A DNA stretch of 64,000 nucleotides from Nemertoderma westbladi (GCA_032718475.1 JAUCBJ010003734.1:103692-167691); one strand, 5' to 3'; positions 39,107 to 52,160 are shown, numbered from the stretch's first letter. Translations and numbers: made by a program. Notes: generated by a model not told the origin, from the letters alone.

Positions 39107-39360
39107 GTCCCTGGCCATCGGTGGTGACTGAGCCTGAAAAGGACTCGGGCGTCGCTTGATGTGCTAGGGATTTGCGACGGGACCGACAGATCCTAAGCGG
39201 TTCCCGGTGCGTTGGCTACGACTGAGCCTGAAAAGGACTCGGGCGGAGTTTTCGCATTGGGGACTTGCGAAGAATCGACTGACAGGTCCGGAACGATTCC
39301 TGGTTGTAAGCAATGACTGAGCCTGAAAGGGACTTGGGCGCCGTTCGATAAACCGGGGAT
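39107..39360 (+). ncRNA. Array of three 65-nt RNA hairpins with a conserved GAAA apex
   Basis: Hairpins 39107-39171, 39200-39264, 39296-39360; shared core gactgagcctgaaa(a/g)ggact(c/t)gggcg; outer arms differ but pair. Confidence 0.65.
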
Positions 39361-39394
39361 TTGTGAAGGGCCAATGACCGGACGGAAAGGAAGG

Positions 39395-42050
39395 GTGGGA
39401 CTGTAGGTCCAATTCATTACCATTACAAGAAGTGGGACTGTAGGTCCAATTCATTACCTTTACAATAAGGGGATCTGTAGGTCCAATTCATTACCATTAC
39501 AAGAAGGGGAACTGTAGGTCTTATTATTACTGTTACAAGAAGGGGGACTGTAGGTCCAATTCATTACCATTACAAGAAGTGGGACTGTAGGTCCAATTCA
39601 TTACCATTACAAGAGGACGAAACTTAGGTCTAAATCATTACTGTTACAAAAATGGGAACTGTAGGTCTTATTATTACTGTTACAAGAAGGGGAACTGTAG
39701 GTCCAATTCATTACCATTACAAGAAGTGGGACTGTAGGTCCAATTCATTACCTTTACAATAAGGGGATCTGTAGGTCCAATTCATTACCATTACAAGAAG
39801 GGGGACTGTAGGTCCAATTCATTACCATTACAAGAGGGCGAACCTTAGGTCTAAATCATTACCATTATAAGAAGGGGAACTGTAGGTCTTATTATTACTG
39901 TTACAAGAAGGGGGACAGTAGGTCCAATGCATTACCATTACAAGAGGGCGAACCTTAGGTCTAAATCATTACCATTACAAGAAGGGGAACTGTAGGTCTT
40001 ATTATTACTGTTACAAGAAGGGGAACTGTAGGTCCAATTCATTACCATTACAAGAAGGGGGACTGTAGGTCCAATTCATCACCATTACAAGAGGGCGAAT
40101 CTTAGGTCTAAATCATTACCATTACAAGAAGGGGAACTGTAGGTCTTATTATTACTGTTACAAGAAGGGGAACTGTAGGTCCAATTCATTACCATTACAA
40201 GAAGTGGGACTGTAGGTCCAATTTATTACCTTTACAATAAGGGGATCTGTAGGTCAAATTCATTACCATTACAAGAAGGGGGACTGTAGGTCCAATTCAT
40301 TACCATTACAAGAGGGCGAACCTTAGGTCTAAATCATTACCATTACAAGAAGGGGAACTGTAGGTCTTATTATTACTGTTACAAGAATGGGATCTGTAGG
40401 TCCAATTCATTACCATTACAAGAAGGGGGACTGTAGGTCCAATTCATTACCATTACAGGAGGTCGAACCTTAGGTCTAAATCATTACCATTACAAGAAGG
40501 GGAACTGTAGGTCTTATTATTACTGTTACAAGAAGGGGAACTGTAGGTCCAATTCATTACCATTACAAGAAGGGGAACTGTAGGTCCAATTCATTACCAT
40601 TACAAGAAGGGGAACTGTAGGTCCAATTCATTACCATTACAAGAGGGCGAACCTTAGGTCTAAATCATTACCATTACAAGAAGGGGAACTGTAGGTCTTA
40701 TTATTACTGTTACAAGAATGGGATCTGTAGGTCCAATTCATTACCATTACAAGAAGGGGGACTGTAGGTCCAATTCATTACCATTACAGGAGGGCGAACC
40801 TTAGGTCTAAATCATTACCAATACAAGAAGGGGAACTGTAGGTCTTATTATTACTGTTACAAGAAGGGGAACTGTAGGTCCAATTCATTACCATTACAAG
40901 AAGTGGGACTGTAGGTCCAATTCATTACCATTACAAGAGGACGAAACTTAGGTCTAAATCATTACTGTTACAAAAATGGGAACTGTAGGTCTTATTCATT
41001 ACTGTTACAAGAAGGGGAACTGTAGGTCCAATTCATTGCCATTACAAGAAAGGGAACTGTAGGTCCAATACATTACCATTACAAGAAGGGGAACTGTATG
41101 TCCAATTCATTACCGTTACAAGAAGAGGAACCGTATGTCTCATTCATTACTGTTACAACAAGGGGAACAGAAGGTCTAATTCATAACTGTTACAACAAGG
41201 GGAACAGTAGGTCTAATTCATTACTGATACAAGAAGAGGAACCGTATGTCTCATTCATTACTGTTACAACAAGGGGAACAAAAGGTCTAATTCATAACTG
41301 TTACAAGAAGGGGAACCGTATATCTCATTCATTACTGTTACAACAAGGGGAACAGTAGGTCTAATTCATTACTGTTACGAGAAGAGGAACCGTATGTCTC
41401 GTTCATTACTGTTACAACAAGGGGAACAGAAGGTCTAATTCATAACTGTTACAAGAAGGGGAACCGTATATCTCATTCATTACTGTTACAACAAGGGGAA
41501 CAGTAGGTCTAATTCATTACCATTACAAGAAGGGGAACTGTAGGTCCAATTCATTGCCATTACAAGAAAGGGAACTGTAGGTCCAATACATTACCATTAC
41601 AAGAAGGGGAACTGTATGTCCAATTCATTACCGTTACAAGAAGAGGAACCGTATGTCTCATTCATTACTGTTACAACAAGGGGAACAGAAGGTGTAATTC
41701 ATAACTGTTACAACAAGGGGAACAGTAGGTCTAATTCATTACTGATACAAGAAGAGGAACCGTATGTCTCATTCATTACTGTTACAACAAGGGGAACAGT
41801 AGGTCTAATTCATTACTGTTACGAGAAGAGGAACCGTATGTCTCATTCATTACTGTTACAACAAGGGGAACAGAAGGTCTAATTCATAACTGTTACAAGA
41901 AGGGGAACCGTATATCTCATTCATTACTGTTACAACAAGGGGAACAGTAGGTCTAATTCATTACTGTTACAAGAAGGGGATCTGTAGGTCCAACTATTTA
42001 TCGTTACAAGAAGGGGAATTGTATGTTCCATTCATACCGTTACAATCAGG
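39395..42050. repeat. Satellite B, right block
   Basis: Same 37-bp unit and orientation as the left block; 518-bp (14-unit) duplication near 41000-41940. Confidence 0.97.
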
Positions 42051-42377
42051 GGTACAGTAACCCCAATTTCCGGGAACGTAGGTCCCATCCTGGCTGACTT
42101 CGGTGGCGCACCATTTCGATTCTCTATCGATCAACGGACAATCACCATACTGGGTTCCTTGGTAGATGAACGGAATACGGCAGTTGCGATACGGTCTCGC
42201 ACCAGAAATTGTTCTGCATGACTTTGCTGAAAAATAATTCCATTAAATTAATTTTATTAAATGAAAGGAGCTGCAATGTTATATAGGTGGGTTCCAATGT
42301 AAACATTTTATTGCCATATTATCCCATGTTATTGTTTATTCCATTTGCATATCACTTGAAGGACTGGCTCCGATTGA

Positions 42378-42538
42378 TACTACTACTACTAGGTCGCGCG
42401 AACTCGGACACTTTAATATCTTTTAGTTGCGGGAGTAAACCGCTTGTGGTCGCAACTCCTACAAGCGTCTTCGCAGTAGATCGCCGTTGGTTGATTACCT
42501 TCCGCCTATCCATGGCCTACAGCCCTGCTGCCGACTGT
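42378..42538 (-). mobile_element. Short bipartite derivative of RTE family 1
   Basis: (CTA)n tail plus last ~20 nt of RTE1 joined to 5'-UTR sequence matching 27295-27459. Confidence 0.85.
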
Positions 42539-42819
42539 CGACAAATAATCCAACAATAACAAATATGTTGCTGTCACTGGTGGTCTTTTGGGCAGCTATA
42601 ACTCTCATTTTAATTCCATGAACCCCTGTTAAAAGATATACAAAAAAAAATTAGCAATTAGAATATATATAGTGTATTAAATTTGGACCACCAAAACCGA
42701 AAAAAGCATCAAAATCCGTGAAATGCTTGTTTCAACATAACTTGAAATTTTATGAAATTTCACGATCATCCCTCTCAGCCTTAGAAACTCACGTATCACA
42801 TACTACTATAATGGGGGCT

Positions 42820-45800
42820 ATTACTACTACTACTATGATCGGCATGCTGCATTGCAGCTGCATTTTTAAGAATGCTGTGCCGGCTTGTCAACAAAATTGC
42901 ACCGCCACAACTCCCTATCACCCATGACATTTGCTAGATCATCCGCATCTTTAAGGCCAGTGTCCTTTAAGATGCGTCTCAAGAAAGTCATGGGCTGTCC
43001 ACCATGCTTATTCACTCCATGAGGCTTCCAAAGTACAAGATTATGCACTGGTTGGTCCTCACGGCGAAAGCAATGTCCTGCAAAGCGGAGGCGATTTTGT
43101 TCTAGTGTCAAGCTTGGGGGAACCAATGAGACATCTCCAATGTTATATAGTGTCTAGTTGGAGATGTGTGCATTGTACTTGACACAATGAACCCGGCGTA
43201 GCATTCTTGTGAATGTGCCATCCAGAGATTTGGTGTCCTCAGCAGTTAGAGCCCAGCATGGACTCCCGTAGAGGAGTACTGGAACTACTGCTGCTCTAAA
43301 TAATCGGACCTTAAGTTTCCGATTAATTCTCGGTGACTTCCAAATCCTGGAAAGCCTATTCAAGGCTGCCAATGCCTTTCCCTTACGTATTCGAAGGTCC
43401 TCACCTGACTTCCGGATCCATGATCCCAGGTAACAGAAGTCGTCCACATGCTCAAGCATACCATCCTTTGAGCTTATGCTCATCCGATCAGAGACTTGCT
43501 GAGGACTTTCAAAGTTAACTATCAGAATTTTGGTCTTTCTGGAGTTAATAAAAAGACCAACACTAGAAGCAGCATGTTCTAATGAGCTGAGGAGCCGTTG
43601 GGCTCCCTCTAATGATTCTGATAGTACTCCTAAGTCATCAGCAAAGTCTAGATCAGTTAGGTACTTGGCAGGATTTCCTCGACTTCTGGAGCCAGTAGGT
43701 GGAGTTATCATCACCCCATCATCATTATAATGATCTAAGGACATGCGTAGAACATAGTCAACCACAATAATGAACAAGAATGGTGCAAGTGTGTCTCCTT
43801 GGAGGACGCCCCATAACACTTCAAATGGTTCTGTGTCACCGTCAACAGTAGACACAAATGTTGTCGAACCATCGTATACTGATCTGATTGCTGCAATAAT
43901 TTCATCAGGAATCCCATATAATGAAAGTATGCTGAACATACGTGAGCGAGAGACTGAATCAAAGGCCTTGAAGAAGTCAACAAAGATAACAGCCAGATGC
44001 CTGTCTTTCTTTTTTGATAACTCTTCAATTATCCTTCTAAGTGCCAAAATGGGCTCCATGGTCCCACGACCTTTACGGAACCCATTTTGATTTCCACGGA
44101 GCAGTCTCTCAATGGGATCCCTGATGCGATTTAATAGAATCCTATTGTATAGCTTTGCAGCAATCGAGATCAATGAGATTCCCCGAAAAGAACTATAGAG
44201 TGTTAGGTTGCCCTTCTTGGGAACTGGCACCAACTTATTTGTTTTCATTTCTTGTGGGACTCTTGTTGTTCGGTACATGTCTACTATGATGGGATAGATG
44301 AGCTTTAAACACTCAGGTATTTTAAAGACCTCAGGGGGAACACCATCTACTCCACTGCACTGGCACGATTGGTCTTAATGCTCTTTGCAGCAGCCTTCAC
44401 TTCTGCAAAGGAGATATCGCCAATGGGAATATCTGGGAGTACAGACTCAGACACTTTAACTTCTATAAAGTTATCAGGCAATACCCTGTCATTATTGAGG
44501 AGCTTTTCGAAGTGGGCTTTCCAACCATTGAGGCGATCGGCTGGTGATTCAGCCTTAACCTTGGTGGTTGGTTGGCTTTTCCGCCCAGTAAGCAGATTGA
44601 TCGATTTCCATGCCTGGGATGATTGCCTGCTGTCGTCAACATCATTGATGGCATCAACCTGTTGGTTTATTAGCTCCTGTAGATTAGCAGAGTACTGCCT
44701 GTTCAGGGACCTAGATGCAGCCTTAACTGCATTCTTGGCCGCTGTAGTCTGTTTGAGTCGGGACTCTTTCTGCGCCTTATGAAGGTCATTTCGGCACTTC
44801 TGAATTTTGTTGTCAGTCCAGGGGGCCCTTTTCCTGTTTCGAGGGTATACAGGAACTGTTTCTGCAGCTGCTAACTTAACTGCTTCTGTAAAGGCAGTAT
44901 AGCCCTCACAGTGATCTGCAGCCTCAGAGGCAAGAGCCTCATACCTGTTGCTCAGCTGTAGTGTGAAGCTGGATCTCACACTTGGCTGTTGCAACAGAGA
45001 GGACCAGTCATGCCGCGGCAAGGCAGATTTCGTTGTTCTGCTAGCATGCAGACTAAGTCTTACCTTGGCCACAATAAGGCGGTGATCACTGGAGAAGGGT
45101 CGAAGTGTAAATGCATTACAGTCTTGTATAGCGCTCCTGTATTTCCTACGAAACAGAATATGGTCTATCTGGGACTTGTGACCACTGGGTCCACTATGAG
45201 TCCATAGCTTTCCAGTTCGCTTCTTGAACTGGGTTCCAGCCGAAAACAATCCATTTCCAGAGATAAAATCCTGAAGATGGACAGAATTTCGGTTAACACT
45301 ATTGCTATAGACCCAGTGCGATGTAGGTGATTGATGCAGACTTGCATTAAAGTCTCCCAGGAATGTTAAGAATGCATGCTGATCCACTCCATCAGTAGCT
45401 GCTTGTAGATTGTGGTAGAAATTTTCCACCTCCTCTACAGGGGCAACACTAGTTGGAGAGTAGCACACAATCAGAACCACCTTAGGAAACTTCTTAGCCA
45501 GTCTTCCAGAACATGAGAAGTGGCAACGGATGATGCGGTTAGAGATTTGGTCTATTTTGTCCAATGCTGCATGTGCAGTTGGATTCATCAATAGACCAAT
45601 TCCACCATTGCTACTATCATCTGCTGACGCGAGGGCGAGTCGCCAACCGCCCCCCATGTCCTTAATCAGAACCTCATCAGTCTGTCCAGTCTGCATTCGG
45701 TGCTCTTGAACACCCACTGCGCTAAGAGAAAGCTTATCTGCCAAGGCAGTCAGCTCACCTTGTCGCATTGGGGACCTGAGTGTTAGGGTGTTTACTGAGA

Positions 45801-46584
45801 CTAGTCTTGTGACTTGCCTCAGATTCACCAATGGCTTTGTTGGTCGGGGTGGAACATGAGAGTAGCCTCCAACTCCAGAATCCCTCTCCCCATCACAATC
45901 TGGCCTTCCTGGTGACCCAGGGTTTGGGCCAGAAAGGTCATCAGGAAAGGGACTCAAAGAATTGTTGGCTGCTCTCTCTCCAGTAGGGGGTGAGACAGGC
46001 AGCCGGTCAGGAGTTAACTGACGCCTGTGAGGCCGATTGTGTCCGGTAATTCCACTGGCCTCTAGTGGCCGGACCTCCGCATTGCTAATGTAATCCATAG
46101 TGGGGGTTGGGGGGTGCTTTTTTGCCGAGTCAGCTCTCGGGGCAAATACCACACCCTGGTTTGCCATTCCACAGGGTGGGTGTCGCAATGGAGTCAGATA
46201 TGAGGCCCATCACCCATATATACTCTGGTGCACATGACCCACCATTGGCTGTTGCAGCTCATCTGCTGGGTCATGCCCTGTACCCTTGCTGTTAGGTGCA
46301 GGTCGCAGTGAAGTGCTCTCAGAGTGGACATGAGAACACTCTGCTCCGGACCAGCCATTGGTAAATCACCATCTGCCTAGTCAGGCCATATACCCCTGCA
46401 GCCAAGTATATGGGTCCTTAATCCAGGACCAGGGGCGTCCTTATCCCAGAACGAAGGGGGTCCTAGTTACAGGACCAGATTTGCCCTAGTAAGAGGGTCT
46501 ATGCAGCTACAGGTGGCACCTCCTTTATGCTGCATGGAGGTGGCAAGTTTTCTTGATCAATGACCTAGAATACCTGACCTGACG
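42820..46584 (-). mobile_element. RTE-clade LINE family 2, full-length, ORF broken
   Basis: APE (VNTLTL, VQEH, GDFNA, IDHI, SDH) and RT (DFFKAFD, QGD, FADD); (TAG)n tail; TSD GGGGGCT at 42813-42819 and 46585-46591. Confidence 0.95.
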
Positions 46585-46689
46585 GGGGGCTGCAAGGTAT
46601 TGGTATTCCTTCTAATGCATATAGACAAAGGCGTCCTTTACAACAGCCTAGAAATCACTGAAATTAGTGATTTTCGACTACTTTCCCAT

Positions 46690-48562
46690 TTAAATATGGA
46701 TACAGATGGGATACATCTCTATCGTTGTTATTGATATTCGTGTCAAGCCATCACTCCAGTACCACTGCAGAACAGTTTTTGGTAAAGCAACTGATAGCCC
46801 CAGCAAACTTGCCCATAGTGTGCAGGTTATTATTATGGTGTGATGTATGTTTGGAGGTCCGTCATTTGTTATTAAACTCATTCCATATCAGTCAGTCCCA
46901 AACCAAGTGTCTGAACAACTTATTGCGGCTAACGCGTTTTTTTGTTGTTGTTCCTTGTGATGGCCTGAGTGTCAACGTTTCATTTTTTATTTGTTTGATC
47001 ACTTCGACTCTAAATGTCCCTGGTGTGTCCATAAACTTTGTTTGCATTGGTGGAAGATTGTTTCATCCCATTCTGCCGCAGCCGGATACTAATAAAAACG
47101 ATCTGGACAGATATCCTATCATCGAGCCAATCTTTGTAATATCTTGTGCACATTAGTGAACTTGCGTTATATATATATGGCCCAGACTGGTCCTCGTAAT
47201 CAGTGCAGTGCCGCATGAAGTCACTTTTACGGAAGAAACACCGAATTCTTTGTATCACACTATATATCGCTGCTGTTCAATAGATTTAACACACTACTTG
47301 ATTTCTCGAAATATTATTTTCGTCACGTTTATGTACTTCTAGGGAAGTATTTATCAGATATTCTGGAAGGATATTGCGGCCACATTAGGCACTGTTGTGT
47401 TGGAAAATCCTACATATCTGCGCGACAAGTCTTTGAAGTTCATTTGAGTGATACCACATGGTTAATATGGCATACTTTTATTATTATTTGGCATTATCTT
47501 TTATTTGTATAGTTAAATATAACTAATATTTATATTATAAATACATTATATTAAATTTTATATATTAGGGCCTATGCTAATATAATTTAATTTAAATAAA
47601 AAAAACAGTTTTTTAATTGTAACACATTTTCTTAAATAGACCTATGGAACAAATGTTATAATTTAAATATTATTTCTAATGCCAATTTAATCCAAAAGTA
47701 TGCCATACCATATTTCATTGGCTTCACTTCATCAACTGGGCCGAGAAGTTAGCAGTACATTGCATTCATGCTCTATTTGGTTCGTACTGCTAACTGAGGC
47801 TGACGTATTGCGTATAGATAGATGTTTTACCCATGGTGGCTCAAGATCTTCCCACTGATACGCTACAGGCTTGGTCTATATTGCTGGTTAAACAGCCCCA
47901 AAACATACCACTGCTTCCAGAGACAAAAGGGGATCTATTTCCAAGGATTCACCAATGGCTCAATATACTGCTCAATTAGATTGCGGGGTTTGTCATTTCC
48001 GTCTGATAAACTTGTAACTTGTATAGCTTATGATTACTGCTATTTTATGTTCATGTTCAATATTAGGAAAGAGTCGAGATAAGATTTTTAATATTTGTTT
48101 AACACGCATAGCTAAGAATATTAAACATCTCCTGCAAATGATACCATAATGTACAGATTACATAGCACAATATGTAGTGAAACCCTAATATTGTGTGCCA
48201 CTCACTTCACTCGGAGAACCAACACACAATAGTCGAAACTCAAATATAGTTGTACTGATATAGCAATATATTAAAAGAATACTCCAGTTGTTTTGGAAGC
48301 ACAAATTACGTCTGAATGTTTTCAGGCTATGGTATCTTCAGTGATTTCTGGCTACCGCGTTGTAAAGGCCACCTTGATATAGACCTATATACATATTATT
48401 GAGAGAAAACATGAAAAAATGAAAAACAATAGTTATTAACCTGGTGGTGGTTGCCTGGCTTCTTCGCAAACAATATAGATTGAGCTGATGTCCAATCCCA
48501 ATTCGGTACCATAGAATCCAGGTTTGAATAAAACAGGTGATTGTCCACCATAATCGATGAGA
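46690..48562 (-). pseudogene. Possible decayed host exons with C-type-lectin-like fragments
   Basis: Clean 122-bp ag/gt-bounded open exon at 48441-48562 (...IYIVCEE); LLGLS...QWYWSDG near 46750; other candidate exons contain stops. Confidence 0.3.
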
Positions 48563-48699
48563 CTGAATTAAATTAAGGTGGCGAAGCTATTTTAACGTTT
48601 TATTATTTAACCCTATATATATTATAATTTATAATGTATTGTAGTTTTACTACACCTAATACACTAGGGGCGCTAAGGTCAAGGTTTGTGTCCTTGACC

Positions 48700-49560
48700 A
48701 AAACCTTGGGGTTTGAAAACCTTGACGTCAACAAACATCCATTCAAAATTTCCATCCCAGTCACCACTTGCCGCGACATCCAGCCATGCGTCGACCTGTC
48801 TGGTTGTTTTATTTTTTATTTATTTAACCTAAATTGTTCGTCTTGGTTTGGCTGCTGATGTGGCTTGATCTCCACACTACTGTGGGCAACCTCAGAAAGA
48901 AGCTCAGTCAGATAGTACGAATTTTGCCTGATACTCGGGAAACCACCATTGGGGCAGTAGATACTATCTGGAACTGAAAATGGAGAACCACTTACACAAG
49001 TATTCGGCATCCGTTGGGGAGACCGACCACCCATATCTTAGACAAAGACTGTCCTGAAATGCAGTTTTAGGTAGGGACATTCCATATCTACTAATAGGTA
49101 GGGCAGTAAGCCATGCAGATGCTCTTTTCTCCCGAGATAGTTGTCGATGTTATCTTGTATCGTCATCAAGCCTGAAATCCATCCAACACATTTCTGCTAT
49201 AGTCTCACCTTACCTTCAGTTTGAAACTCTATAAGGCATTCACGCTGACCCTCACGTGGAGATGATTCCGCCAACACAAAATGTAGTGGTTCACATAGTT
49301 TCTTTGAGATTTTGTAACAGTTATGGTAATCATCCTGATTGATCAGGACTAGACCACCTTCACGAACTGGGAGTGACAACAGATCACGCTAAACTTCACC
49401 TGGAGGACATCTGCCAGTGATTGAGGGTATCAGTCTGTTTGAAGTGAGGTCAGTAAGTGGCTGTAATGAACCCACGAAACCTTGTCTTAGCTAAGAAGTT
49501 TGCCTTTGGCTGTAAACCCAAAACTATGCAACTGTATGCCGGTTGCGGGGCTATTTATGG
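48700..49560 (-). mobile_element. Degenerate CRE-like non-LTR 3' fragment (restriction-like endonuclease region)
   Basis: SLPVREGGL, ASAWLTALP, FQDSLCLRYGW, CPNGGFPSIR, LLSEV, FVDVKVF. Confidence 0.7.
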
Positions 49561-50154
49561 TACTTATTCAGCAGTACCTGATAATGCAGTATGACATGAA
49601 ATTTAGTAATGGTGCATAGCATACTCTATCAAAGGTCTTGCAAGCGTGCAGCCTTCGTAATTTATTGAGGCTGAATCAGACAACATCGGAAAAACGATTC
49701 CCAACCACAACACGTTGGCGATTCACTATTCTATTACAATACAATACACTATTCTATTACTTTACATTATTCTACAGTATTACCTTATTACTTTATATTT
49801 TATCACTTTATAATACACTATTCTATTACTTTATAGCACATATTTTTAATCTATTAGTGGTAGGGTAGCCTTTCGTGTTTCACACATTCACGGATCACTT
49901 AACTTTTCCCTGCGAAGTTTCAACTAGACGTCTTTAAAGAATGCTTCTTAGAAGGGAATGCTTTTTAGCATTAACTCTCCATACCCTTAACAATTAGTTT
50001 GGAAAGGCTTCACATAGTACGTGGCGCGCCCAACAATTGTCATTAAAAACGTTCAAATATTAAATGTACATCACACTCACACAATAATTACACCAAATTA
50101 ATAAATAGTAAGTGAATCCTGGAATAGGGGAGAATAATTGAAATTTAATTTAGT

Positions 50155-52160
50155 ATGAAGACCAATCCACCGATTCAATATACCAGAATATAATAACAGC
50201 CCACAAGGAATCAGCTAAGAGGCATATCCCCCAGAAACCTAAACGAAAACAGTATGTGCCATGGCAAAACTCTGAGGTTACTTGTAAGAGAGAAGATCTT
50301 AAGATAGCCTACAAAGTTAAAACCGAACAACCAACAACCGAAAACATTAACAAGGTTGAGAAAGCTAAGGACGATCTTAAATTGGCCTACAACATCAGCC
50401 AGGAAAAGTACATACAGGATAAAACTGAAGCAATTACAACCGCTCACATACAGCAACAATCAAGACTTACCTGGCAAACTGTAAATGAGGTATCTGGTCG
50501 GAAAAGTTGTGCAAAGGGGCGCCTCAAAGCCGATTGTCCTGAAGAACGTGTTGGGAAGTGGAAAAATCACTTCAGCAACTTGCTTGGGCAGCCACCAAAC
50601 ATCGAGGTCAGCCCTACAAGGAAAATATATGACAAGACACTACCTATAGAAACAGTGGACTTCACACCTGCCGAACTCCAAAGAAGCATTAAAAGCATGT
50701 CCAATAATAAAGCGAGTTGATTAGATGAAATCCCAGCGGAGGTATGGAAAACCGGAGTGCTAAATAGACCATTATTGAATGTTTGCAACCGGATGTTAAA
50801 AGGGGAAAAGCCACCACCAATTTGGACTAAAGGTCAACTAAAGCCTCTCCCCAAGAAAGGAGACCTCGGCATACCAACAAACTATCGTGGGATCTGTCTG
50901 CTTGTGGTAGCTGCCAAAATATACAATAAAATGATTCTATATAGGATTAGGCCTCACATAGAGAAACTACTGCGTAAGAGCCAAAACGGATTTCGACCAA
51001 GTAGATCAACAATAGCTCAGATACTTGCACTATGGAGACTGATTGAAGGAATCAAGTCAAAGAATCTCCCCGCAGTCATGACTTTTGTGGACTTCAAGAA
51101 GGCATTCGACTCCATCCATAGAGGTAAAATGCTTGAAATCCTAAGAGCTTATGGAATACCAGAAGTAATTGTTGCTGGCATTGGATTGCTATATTGTGAC
51201 ACAGAAGCGCAGGTACTCTCACCAGATGGTGAAACTGAGTTTTTCTCAATCCTGGCTGGCGTACTGCAAGGTGACACATTAGCACCATTACTATTTGTAA
51301 TTGTGCTGGATTACGCAATGAGGACGGCCACAAAGGGTGAAGATCTGGGATTCACACTTCAAGAACGCAGAAGTAGTAGATATCCGGCAACTACAGTCAC
51401 AGACACCGACTTTGCGGATGACATCGCCCTGCTCTCTAATACGCTAGCAGATGCACAGCTTCTACTAAATAATGTGGAGAGGGCTGCTAAGGAGGTTGGA
51501 TTGCATATAAATGCTACCAAGACCGAATTCATGACCTTTAATGTTGATGGAAACTTGACAACCATTGATAATAATCAACTAAGGCAGGTCGATGACTTCC
51601 AGTACCTTGGATAGAGAGTAGCAAAAAGGACATAGAAGTTAGGAAAGCAAAGGCTTGGGTAGCTCTATCAAAAATGGATACCATCTGGAAATCAGATCTC
51701 TCCAGGCACCTGAAGACCAAGTTCTTTCGAGCCACAGTGGAAAGTGTATTTTTATACGGGGGTGAGACCTGGACACTGACTAAATCACTTGAACAACGAA
51801 TTGATGGTTGCTACACAAGACTACTAAGGGCAGCCCTAAACATCAGCTGGAGACAACACATGACAAACACCGAGCTTTATGGTACAATACCACCTGTATC
51901 AACCACCCTCCGTGAACGCAGATTAAGATTCAGTGGGCACTGCTGGCGAAGTAAAGACGAGGTCATACCAGATCTACTTCTCTGGCAACCAACTCATGGA
52001 AAGCGTAGTCGTGGACGACCTGCCATAACATATATAGATCAACTTGAAAGGGATACTGAACTTGGGAGAAACGAAATTGCGACAACTATGGAGAATCGGG
52101 AAGCCTGGAAGGATCTCATTTCCACTGTCTGAGTTCGCTCGACCTAGTAGTGTAGTAGTA
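50155..52160 (+). mobile_element. RTE family 1, 5'-truncated copy
   Basis: Near-identical proteins to 24146-27776; (TAG)n tail. Confidence 0.95.

Noticed and set aside
640-42050. CRISPR-like appearance of the 34-bp and 37-bp arrays
   Set aside because: Units are contiguous with no unique spacers, there are no cas genes, and the context is eukaryotic.
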